Origin: an uncultured Ruminococcus sp. | GTDB taxonomy: Bacteria; Bacillota; Clostridia; Oscillospirales; Ruminococcaceae | DNA length: 64,000 bases | Assembly: GCA_900541495.1 (NCBI GenBank) | Contig: UQKC01000001.1 | Coordinates: 39,178 to 103,177, forward strand | Reading direction: 5' to 3' | Shown: piece by piece, positions 22,045-31,280 of the stretch | Layout: every line of letters begins with the position of its first letter | Numbering within the stretch: the first letter of the stretch is position 1 | The notes under the pieces: model-generated | The model's database searches: none | The model's input: only the letters and a program-made list of their open reading frames with translations | What the model was told of the DNA's origin: nothing | Translations under genes and position numbers: made by a program

Positions 22045-23523
22045 ATGGTCAATAATGATATTTACAGCAGCATTGCCAAAAGAACTGACGGCGACATTTA
22101 CATCGGTGTTGTCGGACCGGTCAGAACAGGCAAATCAACTTTTATAAAAAAATTTATGGAATCGCTCGTTATTCCGAATATCACAAGCGAATTCCGCAAA
22201 GAACGTGCCATTGATGAACTTCCTCAATCAGCTGCAGGCAAGACCATAATGACAACCGAACCCAAATTCATTCCCGAAGAAGCGGTAGAAATAATACTTT
22301 CGGACAATGCTGTTTTCAACGTCCGAATGATAGACTGTGTAGGCTATATCGTTCCTGCTGCGATCGGTTACATCGAGAATGAAGCTCCTCGAATGGTTAT
22401 GACTCCCTGGTTTGAGGAGGAAATTCCTTTCGCAATGGCAGCCGAGATCGGAACGCAGAAGGTCATTAAGGAGCACTCGACAATAGGTCTTGTTGTTACA
22501 ACAGACGGCAGCATCACCGACATTCCCCGTGATGAATATTGTGATGCCGAAGAGCGCGTAATAAACGAACTTACCGAGATCAATAAACCGTTCGTAATCG
22601 TTCTGAACTGTCTTGACCCGAAAAGCAGCAGCGCACAGCAGCTTGCATCAGAGCTTGGAGAAAAATATTCAACTCCAGTTATTCCCGTAAACTGTCTTGA
22701 ACTCGATGAGAAGGGGATAAGCGATATTTTAAGGCAGGTGCTTTACGCATTTCCCGTTAAGGAAGTCAATATCACTATGCCGAAATGGATAACGGCACTC
22801 GACAAAAATCACTGGCTCAAAAGCAGTGTTGTTTCCGCAATTAGAGCAGCTGCAGAAAACATCAGACATATCCGTGATATGACTAAGCTCACCGAGCGAC
22901 TTTCGGACGGAGAATACATATCCGGTTCGCAGATATCTGAAATCGACCTTGGAAAGGGAAGTGCAGGCATTAGGCTGGACTTTGACGGTGAACTTTTCTA
23001 CAAAATTCTCGGCGAAGAAACGGGCATTGATATCAAAAACGACAATGACCTTATGCCGCTTCTGAAAGACCTTATCGCTATCAAAAAGAAATATGAAAAA
23101 GTAGAAAATGCTTTGAATGAAGTAGAAGCAACGGGATATGGCATCGTTATGCCCGATATCGACGATCTTTCACTCGAAGAACCCGAGATCGTTAAGCAGG
23201 GTGGAAAATACGGTGTTCGTCTGAAAGCTTCTGCGCCGTCAATTCACATGATGAAAGCTGATATCGTCACCGAAGTCAACCCGATAGTCGGTTCGGAAAA
23301 GCAGTCGGAAGAGTTGGTTATGTATCTTATGAATGAATTCAATGATGACCCAACAAAAATTTGGAACTCCAACATCTTTGGCAAATCTCTGCACGACCTT
23401 GTTAATGAGGGTCTGCACAACAAGCTTTATAAGATGCCCGTTGACGCTCGACTCAAACTCCAGGAAACGCTTGAACGTATTATCAACGAAGGCTGCGGCG
23501 GACTTATTTGCTTTATTCTTTGA
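22045..23523 (+). CDS. spoIVA: stage IV sporulation protein A
   Basis: Walker A GPVRTGKSTF at the N-terminus, 492 aa, typical SpoIVA length and composition. Confidence 0.9.
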   Translation: MVNNDIYSSIAKRTDGDIYIGVVGPVRTGKSTFIKKFMESLVIPNITSEFRKERAIDELPQSAAGKTIMTTEPKFIPEEAVEIILSDNAVFNVRMIDCVGYIVPAAIGYIENEAPRMVMTPWFEEEIPFAMAAEIGTQKVIKEHSTIGLVVTTDGSITDIPRDEYCDAEERVINELTEINKPFVIVLNCLDPKSSSAQQLASELGEKYSTPVIPVNCLELDEKGISDILRQVLYAFPVKEVNITMPKWITALDKNHWLKSSVVSAIRAAAENIRHIRDMTKLTERLSDGEYISGSQISEIDLGKGSAGIRLDFDGELFYKILGEETGIDIKNDNDLMPLLKDLIAIKKKYEKVENALNEVEATGYGIVMPDIDDLSLEEPEIVKQGGKYGVRLKASAPSIHMMKADIVTEVNPIVGSEKQSEELVMYLMNEFNDDPTKIWNSNIFGKSLHDLVNEGLHNKLYKMPVDARLKLQETLERIINEGCGGLICFIL

Positions 23524-23548
23524 TTTCTTCCTTGTCTTTTGTCATAAA

Positions 23549-23596
23549 AAACAGCACCCTTGCAGGTTCAATGCAAGGGTGCTGTACTTTTATTTG
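23549..23596. terminator. bidirectional terminator between spoIVA and the convergent giant gene
   Basis: cagcacccttgca..tgcaagggtgctg hairpin followed by a T-run. Confidence 0.5.
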
Positions 23597-23597
23597 G

Positions 23598-26500
23598 TTA
23601 TGATAACTTGTTGCCGCATTCTGCGCAGAATTTAGCGTTTGGACTTGTTATTCTTGCGCCGCACTGGTCGCAGAAACGAGGCTTAGGTTCTTCAGAAGCA
23701 GGCTGTTCATCTGCTTTTTCCTCTGCTGCTTCAGCGGCAGGTGCTTCTTCCGTTTTTTCAGCTGCTTCGGTCTTTTCTTCAACTGCTTCTGCTGTCGGTT
23801 CAGCGGTTTCAGTTTTAGGTGCAGGAGCTTCATTTACTGCTGCGTTTATAGCAGCAACAGGTATTTCCTGCGTTCTTTCCTTAACGGCATTTTCAAGGAG
23901 TTCCTTCATCTTTTCAGCAGAACGCTGATCTCTTATGTAATTAACAAGAGCAGTCATAGCCTTAGCTGTGCCGTCAATGGTATTCTTGTTTATTGCACAG
24001 TTGATCTCGTTGGTGTTGCCGTTTCTCTCAGTCACAACGATAGATGTGCTTACAAACGACTTCTTAGCCTGGAACGAAACGATATCGTCGATCTTAATAC
24101 GATTGAACACGCCCTTATTGATAAAGTAGAAATACTCTGTTGTAAGAGCAAAACCGTTATCTCCCGAATTGTCATGGAGAAAGATAGGAAGTTCATATCT
24201 TCCGACAGAGATATAATTCTTGCAGGCCTCATCATACTTAGGGTAAAAGAGGTTTGAAAGAGTAGGAACAAGGAAGTTTGCTGTTGAAACATTGAACTCA
24301 TCGATCTTCTGCTTAAGGAACATAATATATGTTCTCTGCTCGTTATTTTTGAGTTCCATAATATGTGATTCGATCATATCAAGATACTTGTTCTTGACTG
24401 TATCATCGAGAGCCATTGTTCTGAGGCGAACTATAACATCAAGCGACTTCTTTGCACTGAGATTGTTGATATTTCCGATAATATCGGTAACTTCCTTTTC
24501 GGCAAGGAAAGAAAGGCACTCATCGACTTTAACGATGTACTTCGTTTTGAGTTCAAGAGGACATCTGTATTCTTCGATCTTTGATTTAACAGCGAGAAGC
24601 TCTTCCTTAGACATATTTTCAACGCCGTCCATAAGTTTCTCAATGTTTTCAATGTGGAGTTCTTTTATTCTGTTTTCAAGCTGCTCAATTCGTTCTGTCT
24701 TCTTATCCTCGTGGAAATCACCATTCTTAATAGTATCGAGAGCATAAATTGCCTTATCAACATCAATGGTGGTAATATCACCAATGATAGCATCAAGTTT
24801 TTCTGTTTCAAGAACAGAAGCTCTTTCAGCTATCTTATTTACACCTCGCTCAAAGTTTTCGAGTGTAACTTCGTTATCGGCAAGTTTATCGGAAAGATCA
24901 GACTTGAACTGTTCAAGCTCACTTTCGGACATATTCTGAACTGTATCAAGAAGCTTGTTATATTCAGCATTTTTGATATTGTCGATACATTCATCGATCT
25001 TAGCATAATATTCATCGCTGATTGCAACATATTCTTCGTTTTCAGCAATTTCATTTCTGAGCTTTTCAAGCTGTTCGATATCCATTTCGGAAATTCCCGA
25101 GCAGAGTTCATCAAGCTCTTCACGACGAAGTTCATCTTCACGTTCGGTTACCTTTTTGAGATAAACTGTTGTGATAGATTCATCGTAAGTACCGCTGAGA
25201 AGAACATCTTTGAGTTCATTCAAAGCGTCCTGATTCATAGAGAAGATATACTTGCAGCGTTCAGCAAGCTCAGAGTTCTTGAGTTCAGCCTCACGGCGGT
25301 CAATTCTGTCAAAGCATTTATCCTTGAGTTCGCTGTTGTAATTCTTATCGGAAGAATTGATCTTTGAACGAAGCTCATCAAGCTGATCCTGTTCCATATT
25401 TTCGATGTTTTCACACATTGAAGCAAGTTCTTCATCAATAAGGGTCTGTTCACGCTGTGCGACCTTGACCATATAGGGAGCGATAAGTTCATCGCTGTAG
25501 CTCTTTTCGCTGAGAACGGACTTGATGCTTTCAAGTTCTTCTTCTGTTGCAAAATCAACATTTTCAAAAAGCTTTTCAACTTCGTGATGCTCGTAATCAA
25601 CGATAAGTCTGTCGATCTCTTCGATATATGCACTCGTGTACTTTTCGGGGAACTTGTCACTTGAAAGCTTAAGCTTTGCATCTGTAAGCATATCAAGTGT
25701 AAATTCATCCATACCGCTGCAAATAAGATTGATCTCAGCCTTGATCTTATCATCTGCAAACTGCTCTATCTTGCGTGTATAGCTTTCAGCCATTACAGCA
25801 GGATATCTGCCAGAATTTACACTCTGGAGCAGGGTAGATATCTCGGCAGTATCCATATCATCAAGCTTTGCAATTCTTCTGTCGAGTTCCTCTGTAAATG
25901 CGATATCAAGGTGATTGTTGATATCGGGAAGCTTGGCATTTATAACAGATTCCGCATATCCGGATTTAAGGACATCATCACGAAGCTTGATAGTTTCATC
26001 AGCGTCAAGCGTTGGCAGACCAAGGCAAAGCTGATCGAGCATACTTTCCTCAACGCAGTTCATTGCCATCTTAACTTTGAGAAGATATTTTGACTTTGTG
26101 ACATCGTCAATAGTAATACCTTCAATATGCTTTTTGAGCTGATTGAGTTCATCTTCGTTAAGAGCAGAAAGATTTATGCAAAGTGTCTGGAGTTCAAGTT
26201 CATTTGCTACTGCGCGCTTCATAGCCTCGGGAGTGTCAAAAACAGTTCCGTTAAAGCTTCTGCTGCGAATATCAGCATCCTTGATATATTCAGCAAGCTC
26301 GTCAATATAGCTTCTGTCCTCAAAGCCATACTTTACGTTAACTTTTTCAAGTTCGTCCTTTATGATCTCAGCCTGCTTGATCCCCGAAACAAAGTTGCCG
26401 TTTTCATCAAAAAGATCAGCATTCAGATAGGAATCAAAAATAATACGCTGAAGTGTAGCTTTATCTACAGGTGCAACATTCCAGAAGTTTGCAAGCTTTT

Positions 26501-27644
26501 CGAGATTAGCTTCTTCCTCGGGATATCTGTAAAGCGTATATGCAAAAATACCATAGCTTTCAGGTCTGAATGAAAGTATCTTGGAAATAAGGAACTTTTC
26601 TTCGGCAGAACCCTGCGAGCCTGAAAATTCCTTCTGTTCAAGGTCTTTCATAAGCGAAACGTAGTCACTGTCTGAATTAACGGAATAGCTGTACTCAAAG
26701 AGATCAGACTTTGTAAGTGCATCGGTAAATGCTATCTTCACTGCAGCCATAGCAGTGCTGTTTCCGTCAATATTGATACCGTGTGATTTTTCCTTAAGTT
26801 CTTCTTCTGAAAGATTTATGTACTTGTTTACATACTCGGAAACAAACTTGTCAAGAGTAATTGTAACGCCGTTGTTTGAAAGCACTTCAACAGCAAGCTT
26901 TCTGATAAATTTATCAGCAGAGAATTCAAATTCTGAAGCCTTAAAAATTTCGTCAGCTTCGGAAAGTTCACCTGCGATAGCGTTAAACTGCTCAAAAAGA
27001 ACATCAGTTTTCAGTATTCTTGTGGTTTTGCCGTCAATGATGACCTTTTTATCAAAAAGATCAAATGTAAGGTCATTCGTATCTGCAAAATCAGGCGCTT
27101 CATCAACACATTTTGCAAAATACTTATCAATACATTTCTGAATATATTCAGCACCGAGCGTGATTATCTCGCCGATCTCTGCTTTGTTCCAGAAGAATGT
27201 ATTATTGATTTTCTTAAAATGAAGGACTCTATTGGTAAGGGGAGTGACAGGAGCGTATCTTTTGCCCTTTTCACGCATATATGCTTCGCTTACAACAATA
27301 GTATCATTCTTTCCGTTTATCATCCAATCCTCGGCATAGAATGCGTTCTCAGCCATAATATCGGTAAGATATACATAGCCATTCTCGGCAGCTATCTCTC
27401 TCGCTCTTGTGATATTGAAAGACTGCCATTCTTCATTGTCGGCAGACATTAAAAGCATGTCGGAATAACGGCAGATATTAAGTCCGTTGCTCTTAGCTTC
27501 CTCGTCAGAACATCTGCATATCAATTCATTTTTCTGGGTAGGATGACATATAAATTTAGCTTCGGAAAAGCACTTGTTTTCGAGTTCATCGGCAAAAGCA
27601 AAGCATTTTTCCTTAAATACGTCATACTGATTAAATACGTCCAT
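23598..27644 (-). CDS. 1348-aa hypothetical protein: N-terminal globular region, about 8 degenerate ~90-aa helical repeats, Ala/Glu-rich linker, C-terminal zinc ribbon
   Basis: uninterrupted ORF; start at ATG 27644 after GGGGG RBS; C-terminus PRFCDQCGARI..CAECG; no TM segments seen. Confidence 0.6.
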   Translation of the reverse strand: MDVFNQYDVFKEKCFAFADELENKCFSEAKFICHPTQKNELICRCSDEEAKSNGLNICRYSDMLLMSADNEEWQSFNITRAREIAAENGYVYLTDIMAENAFYAEDWMINGKNDTIVVSEAYMREKGKRYAPVTPLTNRVLHFKKINNTFFWNKAEIGEIITLGAEYIQKCIDKYFAKCVDEAPDFADTNDLTFDLFDKKVIIDGKTTRILKTDVLFEQFNAIAGELSEADEIFKASEFEFSADKFIRKLAVEVLSNNGVTITLDKFVSEYVNKYINLSEEELKEKSHGINIDGNSTAMAAVKIAFTDALTKSDLFEYSYSVNSDSDYVSLMKDLEQKEFSGSQGSAEEKFLISKILSFRPESYGIFAYTLYRYPEEEANLEKLANFWNVAPVDKATLQRIIFDSYLNADLFDENGNFVSGIKQAEIIKDELEKVNVKYGFEDRSYIDELAEYIKDADIRSRSFNGTVFDTPEAMKRAVANELELQTLCINLSALNEDELNQLKKHIEGITIDDVTKSKYLLKVKMAMNCVEESMLDQLCLGLPTLDADETIKLRDDVLKSGYAESVINAKLPDINNHLDIAFTEELDRRIAKLDDMDTAEISTLLQSVNSGRYPAVMAESYTRKIEQFADDKIKAEINLICSGMDEFTLDMLTDAKLKLSSDKFPEKYTSAYIEEIDRLIVDYEHHEVEKLFENVDFATEEELESIKSVLSEKSYSDELIAPYMVKVAQREQTLIDEELASMCENIENMEQDQLDELRSKINSSDKNYNSELKDKCFDRIDRREAELKNSELAERCKYIFSMNQDALNELKDVLLSGTYDESITTVYLKKVTEREDELRREELDELCSGISEMDIEQLEKLRNEIAENEEYVAISDEYYAKIDECIDNIKNAEYNKLLDTVQNMSESELEQFKSDLSDKLADNEVTLENFERGVNKIAERASVLETEKLDAIIGDITTIDVDKAIYALDTIKNGDFHEDKKTERIEQLENRIKELHIENIEKLMDGVENMSKEELLAVKSKIEEYRCPLELKTKYIVKVDECLSFLAEKEVTDIIGNINNLSAKKSLDVIVRLRTMALDDTVKNKYLDMIESHIMELKNNEQRTYIMFLKQKIDEFNVSTANFLVPTLSNLFYPKYDEACKNYISVGRYELPIFLHDNSGDNGFALTTEYFYFINKGVFNRIKIDDIVSFQAKKSFVSTSIVVTERNGNTNEINCAINKNTIDGTAKAMTALVNYIRDQRSAEKMKELLENAVKERTQEIPVAAINAAVNEAPAPKTETAEPTAEAVEEKTEAAEKTEEAPAAEAAEEKADEQPASEEPKPRFCDQCGARITSPNAKFCAECGNKLS

Positions 27645-27925
27645 ATTTTTGCCCCCAAATTTCAAAATTATATATTTATATCATACCAAAATTCCCTTAA
27701 AAAGTCAATAACTTATTGCAATTTTAACAATAATTCTTTTTTTAGGCAATTTATTTTATTAATTTTATCAGATTAAACAGTTAGCTTTGTAAAATAAGAT
27801 AAATAAAAAGTTTGCTTTTGCCGAATTTTAAAATTTCATTGCAAAATAGTTCCAATCCCATTGACAAAAACTTAATTTTGTTACATAATATATGTATATA
27901 TTAATAGGGGAAGGAAATTCCTGAT

Positions 27926-29293
27926 ATGAATAACGATAAAAGAATCAAAATCGCCTATATTGGCGGCGGTTCATACAATTTTGGCTGGAAACTTTTTTCT
28001 GAATTGGCTGCCGAAGAAATTTGTGCGACTATCAACCTTTATGACAAGGATAAGCAGCTTTCGCTGACTAATGAAGTTATAGGAAATAATTTGAGGGATA
28101 ACCCACGATGCAAAAGTGATATAGTATTTCTTGCCTGCGACACTCCCGAAGATGCATTAAAGGGAGCGGATATCGTCTTAATGTCGATAAGCTGCGGAAA
28201 TACCGATGATGAAGCTGCACTCCACAATATTATTGAAAAATACGGAATTATCCAAACCTCAGGTGAACAAACAGGACCTATCGGCGTGATAAACGCACTG
28301 TGGATCCTCCCTGATTACATCAAATATGCCGAGCTTATTAAAAAGTATTGTCCAAATGCCTGGGTAATAAATCTGAGCAATCCAATGTCGGAATGTATTG
28401 ACATAATGATAAAGGTTTTCCCTGAAATAAAAATATTTGGCTCGACAAATGAGCTTTTTCAAACGCTCGAATTTATCGGAGGACTTGTTGAAACCGAAAA
28501 TGGCATATCCAATGTTCGCAGACGTGATATAAAATATAACCTTATGGGTATAAGCGGTTTTTCATGGTTCGATAAAATTAGCTACGACGGGGAAGATATA
28601 ATGCCGATCTTCCGCAAATATGCCGAAAAATTCTATAAAACGGGCTACGAACTTCACCCGGGCGAATATAAAACCAATCCTTTTTCATCCGCAAATAAAG
28701 TCAAATTTGACCTTTTTCTGAGATATGGTCTTATTCCTGCCGTAAGTGACAGAACGATCGCAGAATTTTGTCCGCCTTGGTATTTAAGAAGTAAGAAAAC
28801 TATTGAAAACTGGAAATTCAGCGGTTCAGCAGTAAATTACAATAAAAAGCTCTCAATAGACCGCCAGGGAAGAGTTAAGCCTCTTATGAGCGGAAATGAG
28901 TACCTCGCCATAGGCGGATATACCAGCGATGTTGTACTCCAGATACGTGCACTTATAGGTAACGGAAATCTTATAACAAACGCCTGCAGAACAAATAAAG
29001 GCCAGATTTCTAATCTTCCAGAGAATGCTGTTGTTGCATCAAACGCGCTTATAAGCAAAAATAACGTTCAAACAGTTACTTCAGGCGTACTTCCAGATGA
29101 GATCGCAGCTATTGCAATAAGACATATTTCAAATCAGAACACAATAGTAAAATCCGTAATTGAAAAGGATCTTGATGTAGCTTTTAATGCATTTCTCAAC
29201 GATCCGCTCGTCTGCATCGATCTCGACAGTGCAGGAGAACTTTACAAAGAAATGCTTTCCGCAGTAAGCAAAGATCTTGTTTATTTTTGTTGA
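27926..29293 (+). CDS. glycoside hydrolase family 4 (NAD/Mn-dependent glycosidase)
   Basis: KIAYIGGGS Rossmann start and GH4-like layout, 455 aa; strong RBS GGGGAAGGA. Confidence 0.75.
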   Translation: MNNDKRIKIAYIGGGSYNFGWKLFSELAAEEICATINLYDKDKQLSLTNEVIGNNLRDNPRCKSDIVFLACDTPEDALKGADIVLMSISCGNTDDEAALHNIIEKYGIIQTSGEQTGPIGVINALWILPDYIKYAELIKKYCPNAWVINLSNPMSECIDIMIKVFPEIKIFGSTNELFQTLEFIGGLVETENGISNVRRRDIKYNLMGISGFSWFDKISYDGEDIMPIFRKYAEKFYKTGYELHPGEYKTNPFSSANKVKFDLFLRYGLIPAVSDRTIAEFCPPWYLRSKKTIENWKFSGSAVNYNKKLSIDRQGRVKPLMSGNEYLAIGGYTSDVVLQIRALIGNGNLITNACRTNKGQISNLPENAVVASNALISKNNVQTVTSGVLPDEIAAIAIRHISNQNTIVKSVIEKDLDVAFNAFLNDPLVCIDLDSAGELYKEMLSAVSKDLVYFC

Positions 29294-29296
29294 TAA

Positions 29297-29343
29297 AAAT
29301 CAGTCTTATACAAACAATTAAATTTGTATAAGACTGATTTTTT
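29297..29343. terminator. rho-independent terminator after the GH4 gene
   Basis: aaaatcagtcttatacaaa..tttgtataagactgatttttt hairpin. Confidence 0.6.
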
Positions 29344-29435
29344 AATATTGATCTTTATTACTATTACAGTAATTGTGTAATAGTGGCATAAAACAGGTAT
29401 TTTGAGTTATTGGATAGTAGTGTTTGATGTCTATT

Positions 29436-29456
29436 TAATTTCGCTAAATAAAAGTT
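29436..29456 (+). repeat. left copy of 21-bp direct repeat TAATTTCGCTAAATAAAAGTT (putative attL core)
   Basis: exact match to 39017..39037. Confidence 0.6.
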
Positions 29457-29603
29457 AATACGTCGTTTTTCCCCTCGGCTGTGAAGTCGGGGGATTTTGC
29501 TTTATAAAATTTTGTGAACGAATAATTTTTTGTGTGAATTTTAGTGCAATGGAAAATAATGCAGTCGGATATAGAGCATAGATTATTGATATTGATAAAC
29601 AAA

Positions 29604-29630
29604 AAAAATGCCCTTTCGGGCATTTCTTAG
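29604..29630 (-). terminator. terminator of the small minus-strand gene (gcccgaaagggc hairpin plus T-run)
   Basis: hairpin immediately after the stop at 29627 on the minus strand, followed by TTTTTTTT. Confidence 0.5.
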
Positions 29631-29860
29631 AATGGAAGTTCATCAGGGTCAATTTCATCAATGAAATTTTTTATATCTTCATCTGTTGCGATTTGAAAAG
29701 GACCTATAAAATCATATATACTTGGCTTTGACTCTGCCTGTGGAGTTGTTGCTAAATTCTGCCTATTTTCCCCGTGTAAAGTGTGATTGGAAAAACTTTC
29801 GACATAATCCCAAGTGCGCTCACTTACCTCGTAATAATCGTTGTTGCATAAACCGTACAT
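29627..29860 (-). CDS. small hypothetical protein (77 aa, acidic C-terminus DEDIKNFIDEIDPDELPF)
   Basis: ORF with AGGAG RBS and its own terminator; start at MYGLCNN; a degenerate inverted copy lies 220 bp away. Confidence 0.5.
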   Translation of the reverse strand: MYGLCNNDYYEVSERTWDYVESFSNHTLHGENRQNLATTPQAESKPSIYDFIGPFQIATDEDIKNFIDEIDPDELPF

Positions 29861-30082
29861 AATATTTTTTCTCCTTTGAATTTGATTTCGTTGCACGTTA
29901 ATTACCTTATTTTTTTTTGCGGCTTTTTACCAAGTTTTAAAGCTTCTGTGAATAGATTTTTAAAGGAGTGAGGAACGAGCGGAATGGAAAAGGTATTAAC
30001 AAAAGGTTTAAAAGGTGGTAGAAAATTGCAAAAAAAATAAGGTATAGTGCAGAATCGAAAGCAAATCAAAGGAGAAAAAAAT

Positions 30083-30297
30083 TGTGCGGTTTGAGCAACG
30101 GCGGTTTGGAGAGTGTGAGCGTTTGGGATTATGTCGGAAGTTTTTTTACACTTTACACAAGGAAAGTGGCAGAATTTAGCTTCAACGGAGCTGATAGAGT
30201 CAAAGTCAAGTGTATATGATTTGTCCTTTTCAGCTTGCAATAGATGAAGATATAAAAAATTTCATTGATGAAATTGACCTTGATGAACTTATTCTAA
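30083..30297 (+). pseudogene. frameshifted inverted paralogous copy of the 29627..29860 gene
   Basis: about 80% nucleotide identity in inverted orientation; N-terminal 43 codons in frame, then a +1 shift relative to the intact copy. Confidence 0.4.
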
Positions 30298-30490
30298 AAA
30301 GTGCGCAAAAGGGTGTTTACGGTGCAGGAATAGAAATAATCTGTGCGCCGTATCAGCGGAATGAAAAGGAATTGCAATAAAATGCCTCCGCTCGGTTGAG
30401 AGCGTGGCGCACACTTGCGCCCAGGAGTTCACAAAACTTTTACAATACTACCTTGCGGAATACGGAGTTGCGCATATAATTAAAAACCCG

Positions 30491-30772
30491 GGAGATAGAC
30501 CCGCACGTTGACGGAGATAGACCCGCACGTTGACGGAGATAGACCCGCAGTTTAGGAATCTGAACATCTGACGTTTTCAGACATCTAACGAATCCGAGAA
30601 CGACCCACGACCGCAAGCGGGTCTATCTCTCTGAACATCTGACAGCTTCGAACATCTAACGAATCCGAGAACGACCCACGACCGCAAGCGGGTCTATCTC
30701 TTTGAACATCTGACAGCTGCGAACATCTAATGGATATGAGAACGACCCACGACCGCAAGCGGGCCTATCTCC
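30491..30772. repeat. iteron/inverted-repeat array: 3x GGAGATAGACCCGCA(CGTTGAC), then 3 tandem ~70-bp units each ending in its reverse complement GCGGGTCTATCTC
   Basis: read directly; each ~70-bp unit also has internal GAACATCTGAC / GAACATCTAAC sub-repeats; candidate phage ori or packaging signal. Confidence 0.7.
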
Positions 30773-30900
30773 CTTAACCAGCCAAAATGCGCAACGGAGT
30801 ATTACGCAAGGTGGAGATTGTAAAAGCTTTGTGAACGGTGTACAGTGTGGGCGTTGTTCGGTTCGCTGTTTCTTCGGTGTTTGCCGTCTGTGTGGGCGCA

Positions 30901-30948
30901 AAAAAATGACGGTTATTCCGCTTGCGGGGTAACCGTCATTTTTTTATC
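30901..30948. terminator. strong bidirectional terminator (aaaaaaatgacggttacc..ggtaaccgtcattttttt)
   Basis: perfect long stem with A-run and T-run on either side. Confidence 0.6.
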
Positions 30949-30961
30949 GTGCGCCGCACGT

Positions 30962-31117
30962 TTATTTCTCCTGCATTTCATAATATTTTTTAATAATCTG
31001 TATAACTTGCGCCGAAAATGTTCTTGTTTCGTTTTCTGCGCTTCTTTTAACTTTTTCTGCTAATTCTTTTGGAAAGCGTATGCTTTTGACTAAATTTTCT
31101 TCTTTGTCATTCATCAT
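30962..31117 (-). CDS. 51-aa ribbon-helix-helix (Arc/CopG-type) regulator, divergent from the phage structural operon
   Basis: MMNDKEENLVKSIRFPKELAEKVKRSAENETRTFSAQVIQIIKKYYEMQEK; RBS GGGTG; below the ORF-track size cutoff. Confidence 0.55.
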   Translation of the reverse strand: MMNDKEENLVKSIRFPKELAEKVKRSAENETRTFSAQVIQIIKKYYEMQEK

Positions 31118-31159
31118 AGTTTTACACCCTCTTTCAAACTACATCATACTACATAAAAA

Positions 31160-31195
31160 TACACTTGTCAATTTGTTAAAATTGTCAATTGTAAT
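31160..31195. promoter_or_regulatory. direct repeats TTGTCAATT x2 (candidate operator) in the divergent promoter region between the RHH gene and the phage operon
   Basis: ttgtcaatttgttaaaattgtcaattg, about 85 nt upstream of the ATG at 31281. Confidence 0.35.
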
Positions 31196-31280
31196 TTATT
31201 GTAGTTTGTGGTAAGCTTTAAATGTAGTTTAAAACACTACACTGTAAAATTTTTATTAACAAAGGAAGAGGTTTTATATT

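Noticed and set aside
24292-26573. Several plus-strand ORFs (24292..24747, 24654..25367, 26127..26573) antisense to the giant gene
   Set aside because: Arise from the repeat/low-complexity nature of the 1348-aa coding strand; Ser/Phe/Ile-rich, no RBS, mutually overlapping.
30491-30772. Repeat array considered as a CRISPR locus
   Set aside because: Units are tandem with no unique spacers of regular length, two different repeat types are interleaved with their own reverse complements, and no cas genes are nearby. This fits iterons/IRs rather than CRISPR.
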